A stretch of 61,308 nt of DNA from an uncultured delta proteobacterium (GTDB taxonomy: Bacteria; Desulfobacterota; Syntrophia; Syntrophales; UBA2192): contig CAVPJD010000028.1 in assembly GCA_963705165.1 (NCBI GenBank), positions 1-61,308 on the forward strand, read 5' to 3'. A program made the position numbers and the translations under genes. Numbering within the stretch: position 1 is the stretch's first letter; each line of letters opens with the position of its first letter. The notes beneath the pieces were generated by a model. That model was not told the origin of the DNA and made no database searches. It was given only the letters and a program-made list of their open reading frames with translations. Positions 1-8,528 of this stretch are shown piece after piece.

Positions 1-8
1 GCTCGTTG

Positions 9-938
9 CTACGAGAGTCGCCGATAAACCTCGTCGATAATCTGCCTGCCGCCGGCGGCCAGGATTCTCTCGCCCAGGATGCGGCCCATCTTCTCGGCCT
101 CGGCAACGGGCCCCCTGACGTGATCCTTGATGAGCATGCGGCCGTCGAGACTTGCCACGAGGCCCGTCACGATGATCGAGTCTTTCTCGATTTTCCCGTA
201 GGCCGCCACGGGAACCTGGCAGCCGGCACCGAATACGGCCAGAAAGGCCCGCTCGGCGCTCACCTCGATGAAGGTCGTCTCGTGGTTGAGAACGGAGACG
301 ATCTCCTGCACATCATCGTCTTTGCGCACCTCGACCCCCAGGGCCCCCTGCCCGACGGCCGGTGTCATGATCTCCGCGGGGATGTACTGGGAGGCGCGGT
401 CCTGCCAGCCCATTCGCTTGAGGCCCGCCGCCGCCACGATGATCCCGTCGAGGTCTTCCCGCTCGATCTTTTTGATCCGCGTGTCCAGGTTTCCCCGGAT
501 GGGAACGATCTCCACGTCCATGTAAATGTTTTTCAGCTGCGAGCCCCGCCGCAGCGACCCCGTGCCGATCCGGGCCCTCGGGGGAATCCGTTCCAGCTTG
601 AAGTTGCCTTTCGAGATGAGGACATCCCGCGGGTCTTCGCGCTCGAGCATGGCGGCGATCACGAGGCCCTCCGGGAGCAGGGCCGGCACGTCCTTCATGC
701 TGTGGATGGCCAGGTCGATGCGACGCTCCAGGAGCGCCTCCTCGAGTTCCTTCACGAAGGCGCCCTTGCCGCCGATCTGGGCAAGAGAGACGTCCTGCAT
801 CCTGTCGCCCGTCGTCTTGATGATGTGGACATCCAGGGTGAGACCGCTGTGGCGCTTTCGCAGCTCCTCCATGACGATCCCCGTCTGCTTGAGCGCCAGC
901 TGGCTTCCCCGCGTCCCGACTTTCAGTACCCTGCCGAT
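9..938 (-). CDS. hemC: Hydroxymethylbilane synthase (porphobilinogen deaminase)
   Basis: Motifs KTTGD, GGKGAFVKELE, HSMKD, GTGSLRR, GCQVP. The conserved N-terminal VGTRGSQLAL lies upstream of the ORF-track start (872) in the same frame. Inferred start is ATC at 938, 7 nt after AAGGAG. Confidence 0.96.
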   Translation of the reverse strand: MGRVLKVGTRGSQLALKQTGIVMEELRKRHSGLTLDVHIIKTTGDRMQDVSLAQIGGKGAFVKELEEALLERRIDLAIHSMKDVPALLPEGLVIAAMLEREDPRDVLISKGNFKLERIPPRARIGTGSLRRGSQLKNIYMDVEIVPIRGNLDTRIKKIEREDLDGIIVAAAGLKRMGWQDRASQYIPAEIMTPAVGQGALGVEVRKDDDVQEIVSVLNHETTFIEVSAERAFLAVFGAGCQVPVAAYGKIEKDSIIVTGLVASLDGRMLIKDHVRGPVAEAEKMGRILGERILAAGGRQIIDEVYRRLS

Positions 939-1008
939 GGCCCTTCTCCTTTACTTGAACATTCATCAACGCCGATCAAAAACCTAATGTTGTTACCCCT
1001 GACCACAT

Positions 1009-1099
1009 GAAGTTAGGAGGCGCGGAAGAGCAGAAGAGCGGAGTCGATAAAGATTTCTGTCCTCATCCGCTCTTCCTCACTTCCTATCTTCCGATCTTC
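1009..1099. repeat. Hairpin of degenerate octamer tandem repeats (GAAGAGCG-type / CGCTCTTC-type)
   Basis: gaagttag gaggcgcg gaagagca gaagagcg ... cgctcttc ctcacttc ctatcttc cgatcttc; a closely similar element sits at 45350-45458. Confidence 0.8.
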
Positions 1100-1155
1100 G
1101 CAAACTCGTTGCTCGAAACCCGATGCAGGAAAAAGCGCCTCCGGTCACCACGACA

Positions 1156-2430
1156 TCACGGCTCCTCCGGGCCGAGCCGGAAAAGTTTCCGGATGGCCGC
1201 CACGTAGGGCATGGCCCCGTTCGACTGGCTCTCCTCCTTGAGACCCGTGACGGGGTCATGGAGGATCTTGTTGATGATCTGTGTCGTGAGGATCTCGATG
1301 TTCTTCCGGTCCTCCTCTCCCAGACTCTTCAGCCACGAGCCCGACTTCTCCATTTCGGACCTCATGATGGACTCCACCTTTTCCCGCAGCGACACGATGG
1401 TGGGAACCACCTCGAGGGTGTTGTACCACTCGGCGAAGTTCAGGACCTCCTCACCGATGATGCCCTCGGCCTTCTCGGCCTCCCGGAGGCGGTTGCGCAG
1501 GTTCTCGTCGACCACTCCCTGGAGATCGTCGATGTTGAAGAGGTAGACGTTGTCGATCCGGCCCACGGCGGGGTCCACGTCGCGCGGCACGGCGATGTCG
1601 ATGAGAAAGAGAAGGCGGTTCTTCCGCCGCCGCAAGGCCGCATGGATCATTCCGGGCGTGATGATAAAGCCTGCCGAGCCCGTGGAGCTGATGACGATGT
1701 CGGCCTCCAGGAGCTTCTCATCCAGGAGATCCAGGCCCACGGGGATCCCCTGGAACTCCTCGGCAACCTGCACGGCCCGTGCGTAGGTTCGGTTTGCCAC
1801 GATGATCCTCCCCGCACCGTTTGCCACCAGGTGCCGGGCGGCGAGCTCCGACATTTCGCCTGCGCCCACCAGAAGGACGGTTCTGCCGTCGAGGCTCCCC
1901 AGGACCTTCTTGGCCATCTCGACTGCGGCAAAGCTCACCGACACGGCGTTGTTGGCGATGGCCGTCTCGGTGCGCACCCGCTTGGCCGCGCGGAAGGCGC
2001 GGTGGAGAAGCTTGTTGAGGATGATCCCCGAGGCCTTCTGCTCCACGCAGTCGCGGTAGGCCTCCTTCATCTGCCCGAGGATCTGGGGCTCGCCCATGAC
2101 CATGGAATCGAGGCTCGAGGTCACCCGGAAGAGGTGGCGCACGGCGTCGCTGCCGCAATAGACGTAAAGGCACTTCTCCAGCTCGGCCGCCTCGAGGTTG
2201 CCGTGGCGCAGGATGAAGGCCTTCACCCGGGCGATGGCCTGCTCCATGTCCTCTGCACGGGCCAGGACCTCCACCCGGTTGCACGTCGAGAGGTAGAGGG
2301 CTTCCTTGACGGCCGGCGCGCTCAGGATCTCCTCGAGGGGGCGCACCCCGTCGCCGCAGGCAAAGGAGAGCCGCTCCCGGATCTCCAGTGGCGCCGTCTT
2401 ATGGTTCATGCCGACAAGGATGACGTTCAT
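1156..2430 (-). CDS. hemA: Glutamyl-tRNA reductase
   Basis: GMNHKTAP, LSTCNRVE, SLDSMVMGEPQILGQ, GAGEM, DIAVPRDVD. Start 2430 (ATG) or 2442 (TTG). Confidence 0.98.
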   Translation of the reverse strand: MNVILVGMNHKTAPLEIRERLSFACGDGVRPLEEILSAPAVKEALYLSTCNRVEVLARAEDMEQAIARVKAFILRHGNLEAAELEKCLYVYCGSDAVRHLFRVTSSLDSMVMGEPQILGQMKEAYRDCVEQKASGIILNKLLHRAFRAAKRVRTETAIANNAVSVSFAAVEMAKKVLGSLDGRTVLLVGAGEMSELAARHLVANGAGRIIVANRTYARAVQVAEEFQGIPVGLDLLDEKLLEADIVISSTGSAGFIITPGMIHAALRRRKNRLLFLIDIAVPRDVDPAVGRIDNVYLFNIDDLQGVVDENLRNRLREAEKAEGIIGEEVLNFAEWYNTLEVVPTIVSLREKVESIMRSEMEKSGSWLKSLGEEDRKNIEILTTQIINKILHDPVTGLKEESQSNGAMPYVAAIRKLFRLGPEEP

Positions 2431-2487
2431 ATAAAAAATCAATTCCCCTCAGGCTCCCTCTCCCCATGAAAACCATGTCCATCTAGG

Positions 2488-2570
2488 CCCCCTCTCCCTT
2501 GAGGGGAGAGGGTCGGGGTGAGGGTGAATGCTCCCCTTCCTTCTGCACGAGGGCCGGGGTGAGGGTGAAT
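2488..2570. repeat. REP-like palindromic repeat (CCCTCTCCC...GGGAGAGGG-GGGGTGAGGG family), one full and one degenerate copy
   Basis: ccctctcccttgaggggagagggtcggggtgagggtgaa; related copies at 27013-27142 and 33731-33768. Confidence 0.8.
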
Positions 2571-2582
2571 CCCTCTTCTTCC

Positions 2583-3416
2583 TTACGTAAACTTATGCAC
2601 CGAGCTCACGAAACTCACGCCGATGAAGGCCGAAATCAGCACCATCAGTGCGACGATGGACAGCACGGCGATCTTCTTCCCCTTCCAGCCGATGGCGAGC
2701 CGCTGATGCAGAATAAACGCGTAGAAGCACCAGGCGGCAAAGGACCAGATCGTCTTCGGATCCGTCGCCCAATTGCTCCCGCCCCAGGCCGTCCTGGCCC
2801 AGAGAGAACCCACGATGAGCCCCAGGGTGAGGATCGGGAACCCCCACAGCAGGCCGACGTGATTGATGTTGTCCAGATCCCCCAGCGACGGCAGGTATCG
2901 GGCCAGGGGCCCCATCCGACGCTGCCGGATCTGGCGGTCCTGGATGCAGTACATGATGCCGGCGAGCGAGGCGAGCGCAAAAAGCCCCTCACCAATGATG
3001 GAAAGCGTCACGTGGATGGGCACGAGCCTGCCCTGCAGCGCATCGGGGATGGCCAGGGTCCCCTCGAGGCTCAGCGACGCAAGCATCATGAGGAGCACGG
3101 CAAAGGGCGCCACGATGGCCCCCAGGACCCTCGTCTTGGTCCGGATCTGGAAGGCAAGATAGGCCCCCGCGACGATCCAGGCAAAGAAGGACATGGCCTC
3201 GAAGAGGTTCACGGCGACGTTGACGCCTCTTTCGTTGAAGACAAAGAGGAAATGGACCGTGTGGAGCGCCACGGCAAGGCCGAGGATCCACGTGGAGGCC
3301 TTTGCAAGGACGACGCGCCTGACCACGAGCGACACGAGGTAACCCACGGTCGCCGCCAGGTAGGCCACCAGCGCCGCCTTGAAGAACAATGTATCCATGT
3401 TGCTCCAATCCATCAT
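2583..3416 (-). CDS. ccsA: Cytochrome c biogenesis CcsA/HemX-like membrane protein
   Basis: Multiple TM segments, a WWD-like W..DPK..W motif, conserved His residues; lies between sirC and hemA. Confidence 0.88.
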   Translation of the reverse strand: MMDWSNMDTLFFKAALVAYLAATVGYLVSLVVRRVVLAKASTWILGLAVALHTVHFLFVFNERGVNVAVNLFEAMSFFAWIVAGAYLAFQIRTKTRVLGAIVAPFAVLLMMLASLSLEGTLAIPDALQGRLVPIHVTLSIIGEGLFALASLAGIMYCIQDRQIRQRRMGPLARYLPSLGDLDNINHVGLLWGFPILTLGLIVGSLWARTAWGGSNWATDPKTIWSFAAWCFYAFILHQRLAIGWKGKKIAVLSIVALMVLISAFIGVSFVSSVHKFT

Positions 3417-4123
3417 CCGCCCCTTGACCCTCTACCCTTTACCCTTACCCTTTTCTTACCGAAGCCGGATTCCTCCATCGACCGAAGGTCGATCGCGACG
3501 CCCGTCATGTCCTTCACGATCTTCTCGACCTTTTTCCACTTCCCTTTGCGGATCTGCTCCAGGATGTCGGAATCGACGAGGGTCTCGAAAACTTTACGGT
3601 TCTCGTCGGAGCCTTCCCCCCGGTCGATGATCTTCCCGCGCAACTCGCCCATGATCTTCAACAGCGTCTCGTACTCGGGCCCGTAGCGTTCCTCGAGCTC
3701 CTGCCGCAGCTTCTTCGCCAGGGCCGGGCTTTTGCCCCCCGTGGCGACGGTGATGACCAGGTCCCCCTGCCGGCACAGGGCCGGCAGGATGAAGTCGCAG
3801 CGCTCCGGGTCATCAACGATGTTGGCAAGCACCCCCCTTTTGCGGGCATCGCGGAAGATCTTCTCGTTGACAACACGGTCGTCCGTCGCCCCGATGACGA
3901 GGAACGCGCCTTTGAGAAGCCCCTTGTCATAATCGCCCGCGATGTGGTCGATCCGGCCCCCCTGCGCAAGCCCGGCAAGGGCCGTCGTCAGCTCCCTCCC
4001 CACGACGCTCACGCGGGCCCCGCACTCGAGAAGCCTCTGCGCCTTTCTTTCCCCGACCTCGCCGCCGCCGATAACGAGGCAGCGCCTGCCGGAGATGTCG
4101 AGACCGATCGGGTAATATCTCAT
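3413..4123 (-). CDS. sirC: Precorrin-2 dehydrogenase/sirohydrochlorin ferrochelatase (SirC/CysG N-terminal type)
   Basis: YYPIGLD, IGGGEVGERK, NIVDDPERCDFILPA, TGGKSPALAK. Confidence 0.93.
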   Translation of the reverse strand: MRYYPIGLDISGRRCLVIGGGEVGERKAQRLLECGARVSVVGRELTTALAGLAQGGRIDHIAGDYDKGLLKGAFLVIGATDDRVVNEKIFRDARKRGVLANIVDDPERCDFILPALCRQGDLVITVATGGKSPALAKKLRQELEERYGPEYETLLKIMGELRGKIIDRGEGSDENRKVFETLVDSDILEQIRKGKWKKVEKIVKDMTGVAIDLRSMEESGFGKKRVRVKGRGSRGG

Positions 4124-4271
4124 GAAATCCGCTGCTTTCCCGGAAGATGTGATAGGCTGATGAGGCTATCACGATGGGTTTTAAAATTCAAGTTACTTGA
4201 AATCTCTCGGAAAAAAGGCTATATATTTTTCGTTACCCGATTCCCGCAGGAAAGCACCGGAAGGAGGCATC

Positions 4272-5231
4272 ATGCCCGGCAGCATGAACAAACCCTCGAC
4301 AGAAAAAGCAAAATGGGTCCACTTCAAACTCTACACGCAGCCCGAGCTGGCCGAGGCCCTCTCCAACTACCTCACGGAGATGGGGGCACAGGGGGTCTTC
4401 GAGGAGTTTCTGCAAACGGGGGTCTCCGACGTACCGGAGCCGGAGCCGCAGGATGAGCGGGTCCTGAACGCCTACTTCCCGTCCGGAACCGAAGACGAGA
4501 AACACCTCTCCGATCTCCAGTCGTACATCAACAACCTGGCCGAACTCTTTCCCAACCTGAAAAAGCCGACCTTCGCGACCGAGGTCATCATCGACCCGCA
4601 GTGGGGCGAGGTCTGGAAACGCTTCTTCAAGCCCCTGCGGATCACCAGGAACATCATCGTGAAACCCTCCTGGGAGCGCTATTCCGCCGCCGGGCGCGAG
4701 ACGGTCATCGAGATCGACCCCGGCATGGCCTTCGGCACGGGGCAGCACCCCTCGACAAGCATGTGCCTCGAGGCCATGGAGGAGATCCTCCTCAAGGACC
4801 GGACCTTCCAGAAGTGGCGCGTCCTGGACGTGGGGACGGGAACGGGGATACTGGGCATCTCGGCGGCCAAGCTCGGCGCCGCGAGCGTCATGTGCGTCGA
4901 CATCGACGACCAGGCCGTGGAGATCGCCCACAAGAACGTGGCCGTCAACCACGTGGGCGACCGCGTCGTCATCGTCAACAGCGACGTCATCAAAATCAAG
5001 GGGACCTTTGAGCTGATCGTGGCCAACCTCACGGCGGAGACGCTCATCAAGATCAAGTCGCACCTCGTCAAGATGATGGAGAAAGGCGGCTATCTCGTCA
5101 TCTCCGGGATCATCGAGAAGAACCGGCAGGACGTGGAAAAGGCCTTCACCCGCGATGACCTGATCAGCCACAGGGTCATCGCCGACAAGGAGTGGGCCTG
5201 CTACGTCTACAAGAAGCCGGCAAAGGCGTAA
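4272..5231 (+). CDS. prmA: Ribosomal protein L11 methyltransferase
   Basis: IDPGMAFGTGQHPST, VLDVGTGTGIL, ISGII; AGGAGG before ATG 4272. Confidence 0.96.
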   Translation: MPGSMNKPSTEKAKWVHFKLYTQPELAEALSNYLTEMGAQGVFEEFLQTGVSDVPEPEPQDERVLNAYFPSGTEDEKHLSDLQSYINNLAELFPNLKKPTFATEVIIDPQWGEVWKRFFKPLRITRNIIVKPSWERYSAAGRETVIEIDPGMAFGTGQHPSTSMCLEAMEEILLKDRTFQKWRVLDVGTGTGILGISAAKLGAASVMCVDIDDQAVEIAHKNVAVNHVGDRVVIVNSDVIKIKGTFELIVANLTAETLIKIKSHLVKMMEKGGYLVISGIIEKNRQDVEKAFTRDDLISHRVIADKEWACYVYKKPAKA

Positions 5232-5234
5232 GGG

Positions 5235-6011
5235 ATGATCCCCCGGATCTACTGTCCCCCCATCCCCGAAGAAAACAGCGCCATCGAGCTGACCGATGAC
5301 ACGGTCCGCTACCTGCGGAATGTCCTGAGGCTGTGGCCCGGCGACGAAGTCCTGTTCTTCGACGGGACGGGCTGGGAGTACCGGGGCGTGATCGAGCGTC
5401 TCGAGGGCCGCGGCGGCGCCGTCCGGATCGTCGCCAGGCAGCACATTCCCATCGAGATCCCCGTGCGCATCACGCTGGCCCAGGCCCTCCCGAAGGGCGA
5501 CAAGATGGAGTTCATCGTCCAGAAGGCCACGGAGCTGGGCGTGGCCCGCGTGATCCCCTTCCGCTCCACCAGGACCATCCCGAGACGAACAGAGGAGCGT
5601 GCCGCCAGAAGGCTCGAGCGCTGGCGCAGGATCGCCGCCGAGGCGGCCGAGCAGTGCGGGCGGGCAGATGTCCCCGAGATCGCCGAAACCCTATCTTTCG
5701 CAGAGGCTCTCGGCGCTGCGGGCCCCGGGGCCGTGAAGATCCTCTTCTGGGAAGCCGAGACGGAGCGCTCCATCCGTGAGGTCTTGCAACGTGTCGAGGC
5801 CCGGGCGGCCAGGGAATTCTTCCTCGTCGTGGGGCCCGAGGGCGGGCTTTCCGGCGAGGAGGCGGAAACGGCCCGGCAGGCCGGCTTTCTCACGGCAAGC
5901 CTCGGGCGGCTCGTCCTGCGGGTGGAGACGGCGGCCCTTGCCATTCTGGCCATTTTACAGTATGAATGCGGCCTGATCGGCACCCTGAAAAGGAACATTC
6001 ACGATGGATAG
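5235..6011 (+). CDS. rsmE: 16S rRNA m3U1498 methyltransferase
   Basis: QKATELGV, AAEQCGR, VGPEGG, LGRLVLRVETA. Confidence 0.97.
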   Translation: MIPRIYCPPIPEENSAIELTDDTVRYLRNVLRLWPGDEVLFFDGTGWEYRGVIERLEGRGGAVRIVARQHIPIEIPVRITLAQALPKGDKMEFIVQKATELGVARVIPFRSTRTIPRRTEERAARRLERWRRIAAEAAEQCGRADVPEIAETLSFAEALGAAGPGAVKILFWEAETERSIREVLQRVEARAAREFFLVVGPEGGLSGEEAETARQAGFLTASLGRLVLRVETAALAILAILQYECGLIGTLKRNIHDG

Positions 6012-6525
6012 TCACTACGGCGGGTTCTGGCGGCGCTCCGTCGCCATGTCAATCGACCTTTTCATCCTGGGCATGATAGGGTTCACCATGCTCATCCTGG
6101 GCTCGGTTGCCTTTGGTCTGGGCATCTCACCCGAAGACATGGCCGCGGATCCCGAGACCCTCATGGCCCTCGGTCTGAAGGTCATGGCGATCTACCAAGC
6201 CCTCGGCTTCTTTCTCAACATGGCCTATTTCACCTGGTTCCACGGCACAACGGGCCAGACGCCGGGCAAGCGACTGATGGGCCTGCGCGTCGTCCAGGAC
6301 ACGGGAGAGGCCCTCACCCTCGGGTCGGCCTTCCTGCGCTGGGTGGGTTACATCATCTCCTTCGTGCCCTTCTTCATGGGCTTCCTGTGGGCGGGCGCGG
6401 ATCGGCGCAAACAGGGCTGGCACGACAAGATCGCCGGCACCGTCGTGATCGACCTCTACCAGGTCGTCGAGGTCGAGATCCCGCCAAAAAATGCCTTGAC
6501 AAATCAAGGCAATTTATTTACTTAA
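6004..6525 (+). CDS. RDD family membrane protein
   Basis: YGGFWRRSVA..ID, GQTPGK..MGLRVV, QGWHDKIAGTVV. Confidence 0.93.
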   Translation: MDSHYGGFWRRSVAMSIDLFILGMIGFTMLILGSVAFGLGISPEDMAADPETLMALGLKVMAIYQALGFFLNMAYFTWFHGTTGQTPGKRLMGLRVVQDTGEALTLGSAFLRWVGYIISFVPFFMGFLWAGADRRKQGWHDKIAGTVVIDLYQVVEVEIPPKNALTNQGNLFT

Positions 6526-6546
6526 GGCATTCTTCAAAGCCGATGT

Positions 6547-6622
6547 GGGTCGGTAGCTCAGCTGGTAGAGCATCGGACTGAAAATTCGAGTGTCGGCGGT
6601 TCAACTCCGCCCTGACCCACCA
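6547..6622 (+). tRNA. tRNA-Phe(GAA)
   Basis: 76 nt cloverleaf: acceptor GGGTCGG/CTGACCC, D arm GCTCAGCTGGTAGAGC, anticodon loop CTGAAAA, T loop TTCAACT, encoded CCA. Confidence 0.97.
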
Positions 6623-6633
6623 GGAAAACAACG

Positions 6634-6665
6634 AAGGCCGGTTCCATGGGAGCCGGCCTTTTTTT
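6634..6665 (+). terminator. Rho-independent terminator after tRNA-Phe
   Basis: aaggccggttcc-atgg-gagccggcctt followed by a T run. Confidence 0.8.
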
Positions 6666-6742
6666 ATTCGCCTGGAGTATAGGTATCCATGCAACCGGGT
6701 CGGGGACTCCCTGCCGAACAAATTTACCATGACATATAACAC

Positions 6743-6779
6743 TTGACATACATGTATTGCATGTATTACACGTATTACG
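6743..6779 (+). promoter_or_regulatory. TA operon promoter/operator
   Basis: TTGACA at 6743 overlaps the palindrome ATACATGTAT and three tandem CAYGTATTR 9-mers, directly upstream of an RHH antitoxin. Confidence 0.6.
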
Positions 6780-6811
6780 AAACGGAAGCAATGAAAAACG
6801 AGGGATTTGAA

Positions 6812-7030
6812 ATGGCGAAGACATTGAATGTCAGGATATCGGACGAGATCGAGAGGCGCCTCGAGGATCTCGCGGAAAAGACGAAAAGGCCCAAGAGCTT
6901 CTACATCAAGGACATGCTGGAAAAATACCTCGACGAATATGAGGAAGCCTACCTGGCCCTGGATAGGATCTCCGAGAAAAATGCCCGGTATTACACGAGC
7001 AAAGAGGTAAAGAAGCTCCTTGAGCTATAA
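6812..7030 (+). CDS. relB: Type II antitoxin, RelB-like ribbon-helix-helix protein
   Basis: LNVRISDEIERRLEDLAEKTKRPKSFYIK RHH fold with an acidic C-terminus; overlaps a RelE-like gene. Confidence 0.85.
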   Translation: MAKTLNVRISDEIERRLEDLAEKTKRPKSFYIKDMLEKYLDEYEEAYLALDRISEKNARYYTSKEVKKLLEL

Positions 7031-7289
7031 GGTGACCTGGCACGAAGATGCCCTGGAGGATCTCAAGGGGCTCGACAAGTCGAGGGCCCGGGAAATCGTG
7101 GAGAAGGTCGATGAGTACCTCTCGAAGGATCCCCTTGCCCTGGGGAAGCCGTTAAAAGGTATCTTCAGGGGCATGCACCGCTACCGGTGCGGGGATTACC
7201 GGATCATTTACACCCTCGATCGCAAGGACGAGCGATTGATGGTGCTGACCGTGGGACACCGCAAGGACGTATACAGGAGCAAGACATGA
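7020..7289 (+). CDS. relE: Type II toxin, RelE/ParE family
   Basis: YKVTW, GKPLKG, RYRCGDYRIIY, VGHRKDVY. Confidence 0.92.
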   Translation: MSYKVTWHEDALEDLKGLDKSRAREIVEKVDEYLSKDPLALGKPLKGIFRGMHRYRCGDYRIIYTLDRKDERLMVLTVGHRKDVYRSKT

Positions 7290-7729
7290 AGATCGAGTTC
7301 AGCAAGAGCCAGTACAAGACACTCGTGAAGGCCCTCTATCTTGCCAGTTGGGTTGTCAACTCACACAAAACGGAAGAGCCCGACGACGAGTTCGAAAGGC
7401 TGGAGCAGTATATCCTCTCCCAGGGGAAATTCTTCGACCTCAAGAATGTCGAGTTTGACGATAAGCACGGTAAGTACTACCACGACAGGGAATTCGAAGA
7501 GAAAACGCTGAAACATCTCGACGAGTTCGTGGATGAAAGCTTCTGGGTCGAGTTGATCGACCGATTGGCGGAACGAGACTTTTTCAGGGCTCTGGGGGAG
7601 CGCGAGATCCGGAAGATGTCCCGCGATGAGCGTTTTCGTAAATTTCATGAGTTTGCCGATCCTTACGAGGCGGAATTCGCCGAGCACGGAATCGACAAAC
7701 TCGTGATTCGCCCTGACGCCAAGGAATAG
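7286..7729 (+). CDS. Hypothetical acidic protein (147 aa), translationally coupled to relE
   Basis: ATGA overlap with the relE stop, AGGAG RBS, open frame. Confidence 0.75.
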   Translation: MKIEFSKSQYKTLVKALYLASWVVNSHKTEEPDDEFERLEQYILSQGKFFDLKNVEFDDKHGKYYHDREFEEKTLKHLDEFVDESFWVELIDRLAERDFFRALGEREIRKMSRDERFRKFHEFADPYEAEFAEHGIDKLVIRPDAKE

Positions 7730-7761
7730 CAATGGGCTCGCCCTTAGCATAGCGAAGTGAT

Positions 7762-7795
7762 TCCGCCCTGACCCACCAGAAAAAAACGAAGGCCG
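7762..7795 (+). repeat. Direct repeat of the tRNA-Phe 3' end (att-like copy 2)
   Basis: tccgccctgacccaccag is identical to 6606-6623, followed by aaaaaaacgaaggccg versus gaaaacaacgaaggccg. Confidence 0.9.
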
Positions 7796-7796
7796 T

Positions 7797-8528
7797 TCAA
7801 TCTTCGTGATCGAAGACGTACCCCACGGAGCGCACGCTCCGGAAGAATCTCGGCTGGTGGGCGTCGTCCTCGAAGTATTTGCGGAACCGCACGATGAAAT
7901 TGTCCACGGTCCGTGACGGCGTGTCCCCCGTGTATCCCCACCCGATCTCCAGGAGCTCCTTGCGCGACAGCAGCTTGCCGCGGTTGATGATGAAGAGCTT
8001 CAGCAGCCTGATTTCCTGCTCCGTCAGGCTGACCTCGCCCATCCGGCATCGGGCCGTGAATCTCTCGAAATCGATCACGTTGCCGCCGAAGGTGTACACC
8101 GGCCCCACCGTGGAAATGCTCCCCCGGGAAGGATCGCCCTCCCCGCTCCAGGCGGCCCGCGTCAGGAGCCGCTCGACCCGCAGCAGGAACTCGTCGAGGT
8201 TGAAGGGCTTCGACAGGTAGTCATCCACGCCGTAGGCAAGCCCCTTGACCCGGTACTCGGGCTCGCTCTTTGCCGAGAGGATCAGGATGGGAAGCCTCTC
8301 GTCCTCGAGCCGGATATTTCGCAGGATCGACAGGCCGTCGATCCCGGGCAGCATGATGTCCAGGACGATCAGGTCCGGCCTCCACTCCTTCCACTCCCTC
8401 AGGCCCGAGGGGCCGTCGAGGGCGATCGCCGCGTCATGGCCCTTGAGGGAGAGATTGAGCCTCAGGCCTTCCGCGATGTGCGCGTCATCCTCGATGATGA
8501 GAATCCGTTTCCGATTCGTGTCCTTCAT
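7797..8528 (-). CDS. OmpR-family response regulator
   Basis: ILIIEDD, LDIMLPGIDG, KPF, wHTH motif SRTVDNFIVRFRK. Confidence 0.95.
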   Translation of the reverse strand: MKDTNRKRILIIEDDAHIAEGLRLNLSLKGHDAAIALDGPSGLREWKEWRPDLIVLDIMLPGIDGLSILRNIRLEDERLPILILSAKSEPEYRVKGLAYGVDDYLSKPFNLDEFLLRVERLLTRAAWSGEGDPSRGSISTVGPVYTFGGNVIDFERFTARCRMGEVSLTEQEIRLLKLFIINRGKLLSRKELLEIGWGYTGDTPSRTVDNFIVRFRKYFEDDAHQPRFFRSVRSVGYVFDHED

